Source: Trichormus sp. ATA11-4-KO1
GTDB taxonomy: Bacteria; Cyanobacteriota; Cyanobacteriia; Cyanobacteriales; Nostocaceae
Assembly: GCA_019358915.1 (NCBI GenBank)
Contig: JAHHIM010000004.1
Location: 96,001 to 160,000 of the forward strand
Reading direction: 5' to 3'
DNA length: 64,000 bases
The position numbers were made by a program, and so were the translations under genes. The notes beneath the pieces were generated by a model. It saw nothing but the letters and a program-made list of their open reading frames with translations. It made no database searches and was not told the DNA's origin. Every line of letters begins with the position of its first letter. Position 1 is the first letter of the stretch. This document shows, one piece after another, positions 60,827 through 64,000 of this stretch.

Positions 60827-61908
60827 TTAATCACAGCATTAGCGATCGCTTCATTCCCGTCTTTAGGTAGAGGTTGGGATTGCTTTGGTGCTTGGGGTGC
60901 TTGATGCAGAAAATCCCAAGTACCTTGAAAAAATTCTTTTTGGGTAAGAATTTGATGTTGATGGTAATTTACAATACCTTCTAAAAGAAAAGTTGCCTCA
61001 GCAAAATCATCACGGGGAATCGTCACCATAGGTATATCAAGTTTTGTCGCCTCCGCAAAAGTACCGTAACCAGGTTTAGAAACAACACGCCCACATATCA
61101 GCATAAAATCTACAGGACGGTATTTGCTGCCGCTAATTTGCACTAAATTAGGTAAATTAGGAGCAGATTTATCAAACACAATAAATTGCCAATCGGGAAA
61201 ATGTCGCAGGTTATCGTAGGGGATTTGTTGTAAACCCAAGCCACCAAAAGTCATTAAAATTGTTTTTTCTCTTGGTGCAGTGATATCCCAAGTAGCGCGT
61301 AATTCATCAGCAGAGTAACGTGGAAAACCACCAGTTAAGCCGACATCTGTAATATTACTGAAAGCTGACATCGGTTCGTAAAAAGGCAAACGAAACAAGC
61401 GATTCCTACGGAGCGCTTCGCTATCGCATTTGGAGTAACATTCACTAATCCAATCAGCAATAGCAATAAATTCGCCCCCCCAATCTCTGTAGATAAAGTC
61501 CCAGCCAAAATTACTCATCATCCAGCAGGGAATATTTGCCGCTTTGGCAAACAAAGGAGCGAGAAAAGGAATATCTGCCAAGATCAGATCAACACGATTT
61601 TGCCGGATAAAGTTGACTTCTGAAGCAATTAGGGAATTTTGATTTTTTTGAATATCCAGCAACTTTGCTAAAGTCGCAGCTTTATCCATTGTCAAGCTAT
61701 CTGCTTGTACCACACCCAAATCAAAAGCACGGGGACGATGAATAAAATCGCCTTCTATATAGCACTCTAGCAACCACCTGGGAGCAGTGGTAGCCATAAT
61801 TAGCAGCACTTCTGGACATAACTTTTGAATTGTGGCAGCAACAGATGCTGTACGAGTAGCATGACCAAAGCCGTGGTTGGTGATGGCTATGTATAAAATT
61901 GGACGCAT
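60808..61908 (-). CDS. GT-B glycosyltransferase-like protein
   Basis: HGFGHATR, NFGWD, FGGLG, SKPGYGT; carries a 7-aa HIP1 insertion. Confidence 0.85.
   Translation of the reverse strand: MRPILYIAITNHGFGHATRTASVAATIQKLCPEVLLIMATTAPRWLLECYIEGDFIHRPRAFDLGVVQADSLTMDKAATLAKLLDIQKNQNSLIASEVNFIRQNRVDLILADIPFLAPLFAKAANIPCWMMSNFGWDFIYRDWGGEFIAIADWISECYSKCDSEALRRNRLFRLPFYEPMSAFSNITDVGLTGGFPRYSADELRATWDITAPREKTILMTFGGLGLQQIPYDNLRHFPDWQFIVFDKSAPNLPNLVQISGSKYRPVDFMLICGRVVSKPGYGTFAEATKLDIPMVTIPRDDFAEATFLLEGIVNYHQHQILTQKEFFQGTWDFLHQAPQAPKQSQPLPKDGNEAIANAVINYFRSK
61399..61427. mobile_element. 21-nt SDR5-like insertion in a HIP1 site
   Basis: GCGATTCCTACGGAGCGCTTCGCTATCGC = HIP1 plus 21 nt; adds SEALRRN in frame. 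Confidence 0.8.
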
Positions 61909-62106
61909 GTTAATTAGTAATTAAAGCCGGGGAACGGGGAAGAGTAATCAGGGACTGACAAATAAAAAATATCTCAAAATTTTTTGTAGAGCAGGCATTT
62001 TGCCTGCTAATCACCAAGGACGGGCTAGATTTGAGTATCTTATTGACTAAGCTAATGAGCATTTAAGTTGCAGAAAATCAGGGCTGAAGCCCTTACTACA
62101 AGCGAA

Positions 62107-63303
62107 TTAGTCTGAAAATTTGCTAAACCTTTGTATACCCTCAATTAATTGGTCAATTTCTGATTCTAAAGTTAAGTAATGGACTGTGGCGCGGATGCAG
62201 TTGGGATCAGCAATTGTGCGAGTGAATATTCTTTGTGATTCTAAGAATTGCACCAACTTGTAATGTTCTCGTGATTGCTGCTGAGTGAGTTGAAAGGAAA
62301 CTATACCGCTTGCGGGTGGAGAAGTTTGCAGAGATTGGACATTAGGTAGTCTTGCTAACTGTCGCCAAAGATACTCAGCCTTATGGCAAATTTGCTGATA
62401 ACGTTCCTGTGGTGTTCCCCATTGCTGATGGATGGCGATCGCCTCTTTGAAACCAACATACAACGGATACGCTGATGTTGATACTTCATATCTCCGCCCA
62501 TCCGATTGCCAGTTTACAGGTTGAGATTGAGAATCTACAGTAATGCCACGCAAACCAATAAATGTCGGGTGCAAAATTTCTCGTACTTCAGGACGGACAT
62601 ATAAACCACCTACACCAGCCGGCCCACATAACCATTTGTGACCAGTGAAAGCATAGAAATCTGCCCCCAATTCACTCAAGTTTAAAGGCAATAAACCAAC
62701 AGACTGGGCAGCATCTACTAATACCAAGGAATTATTCTGTTTACATATTTCCACAATTTTGTCAAGTGGTAAAACTTGACCTGTATTCCAGAAGACATGA
62801 CTGAAAATTACTAGGCGAGTATTGGGACGCAAGTGTTGAGCAACCACTGTTACGGGGTCACCTGCATTTAAAGTCGCCTTCAGGGGACAGGTGGTGACTT
62901 CCACAGCAAATCTGCGGGCAATTTCCCCAGATGCGGCAATTACTCCTGGGTGTTCACAGTCCGAAAGCAGCAGATGGTCACCGGAACGCCACTCAATCCC
63001 CCACATGGCTATATTGCAGCCAACAGTCACATCTTCAGTTAGGGTAATGGTTTCTGGTGGTGCTTGCAACTCAGAGGCGATCGCTTCTCTGAGAGCTTGT
63101 TTCTCCTGGCTAATCCAAGCATAAGCCTCATTACCAAAAGGGCCATTGTGCTGGATGTAAGCTTCGGCTTGGCTAATAGCATCCATTGCTGCTTGGGACA
63201 TCGGCCCTTGCCCACCATAGTTAAAATAAGTCTTATTCGCTAAAGCTGGAAACTGTTTTCGATAGTGATGTAATGTCGGTTGTGTGGTAGAAATACTAGT
63301 CAT
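62107..63303 (-). CDS. class V PLP enzyme (cysteine/cystine C-S lyase, C-DES-like)
   Basis: YFNYGGQGP, EHPG, SHVFWNTG, DAAQS, FTGHKWLCGP. Confidence 0.88.
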   Translation of the reverse strand: MTSISTTQPTLHHYRKQFPALANKTYFNYGGQGPMSQAAMDAISQAEAYIQHNGPFGNEAYAWISQEKQALREAIASELQAPPETITLTEDVTVGCNIAMWGIEWRSGDHLLLSDCEHPGVIAASGEIARRFAVEVTTCPLKATLNAGDPVTVVAQHLRPNTRLVIFSHVFWNTGQVLPLDKIVEICKQNNSLVLVDAAQSVGLLPLNLSELGADFYAFTGHKWLCGPAGVGGLYVRPEVREILHPTFIGLRGITVDSQSQPVNWQSDGRRYEVSTSAYPLYVGFKEAIAIHQQWGTPQERYQQICHKAEYLWRQLARLPNVQSLQTSPPASGIVSFQLTQQQSREHYKLVQFLESQRIFTRTIADPNCIRATVHYLTLESEIDQLIEGIQRFSKFSD

Positions 63304-63553
63304 AGATAGTTCAAAATCTGATTAACTTTCACAATACCGTAGGTTTGTGGGTGCGACTATCCCACGCCGAGACTAGAGGAGTGAGGGAGTCAACATAATT
63401 CGTAATTGATAATAGAGCCTACGGATGCCGCCAGGCTGTACGTAGTTACAATCAGTGGTAGCTCTGTACCCTCTTTAATTACGAATTACAAATTAGTAAT
63501 TATTTGGTCATGCTCACTCCCCAGATAACGCTAATTCTTGTTAACTTAAAGGG

Positions 63554-64000
63554 ATGTTAATTAATGCTGAACTCCTACTGCAATATCAACGCTGTAAACG
63601 CCGACCTGTTTTAGATACTCACGGCGACAAACATCAGCGTAATGAGCCTAACGAGTTGTTACTCAAACTGCAACAAGATAAAATCGCTTATCGTCGGAGT
63701 ATTTTGGCAGATTTGGCTTATCACAAACCAGATTACCCACGGGGTAACTGGGAATTAGGGCAAGCAGCAACTTTAGAATTAATGCAGCGTGGGGTTGAGT
63801 ACATTTATCAAGGAGTGCTGTTAGGTAATTACAACGAGTTAACGGATGCAACTAATGAAGAGATTTCCTCATCTCCTCAATATGCAGCATACACCCTTCT
63901 TAGCCGTCCCGATTTACTCGTAAAACAGCCAGGACAATCTTGCTTTGGCGATTGGATATATGTGCCGGCGAATATAGAACTAGGTAAGCGTCCCAAGCAA
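63554..64000 (+). CDS. TM0106-family RecB-like nuclease, 3'-truncated by window edge (not in the ORF track)
   Basis: Manual translation MLINAELLLQYQRCKRRPVLD...ATLELMQRGVEYIYQGVL...SRPDLLVKQPG...W.YVP; open to the window end. Confidence 0.85.
   Translation, partial: MLINAELLLQYQRCKRRPVLDTHGDKHQRNEPNELLLKLQQDKIAYRRSILADLAYHKPDYPRGNWELGQAATLELMQRGVEYIYQGVLLGNYNELTDATNEEISSSPQYAAYTLLSRPDLLVKQPGQSCFGDWIYVPANIELGKRPKQ

Overview
Chromosomal window of a heterocyst-forming (Nostocales-type) cyanobacterium, judged from frequent HIP1 octamers (GCGATCGC), heptamer STRR arrays and Nostoc-like gene content. Housekeeping and photosynthesis genes include psbN/psbH-tatA-pth, two rpsU paralogs, rsmI, cysQ, rbp, crtP-crtB, tRNA-Ser(GCU), ndhH, rsmH, sufE, psaK and hisC. 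Signalling genes include a Ser/Thr kinase-AAA-GAF-His kinase, two Ser/Thr kinases, a PatA-CheY-CheW-MCP-CheA cluster and a PAS hybrid kinase. Many MITE- and SDR-type micro-elements are present. Most notable: (1) a class I terpene cyclase followed by a PAI-like (linoleate isomerase-like) flavoprotein where known Nostoc sesquiterpene miniclusters carry a P450, with the usual convergent hybrid kinase retained; (2) a 7.2-kb quinone/catechol redox-defence island (MarR, CDGSH, NDH-2, DoxX, DODA, GHR, TetR, GST, PNPOx) bracketed by 41-bp direct repeats; (3) a PixJ-position chemoreceptor with no GAF domains; (4) in-frame micro-insertions at HIP1 sites in three genes, one nested; (5) a rhomboid lacking both catalytic residues. 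All family calls come from motif recognition by eye and memory; no searches were run.
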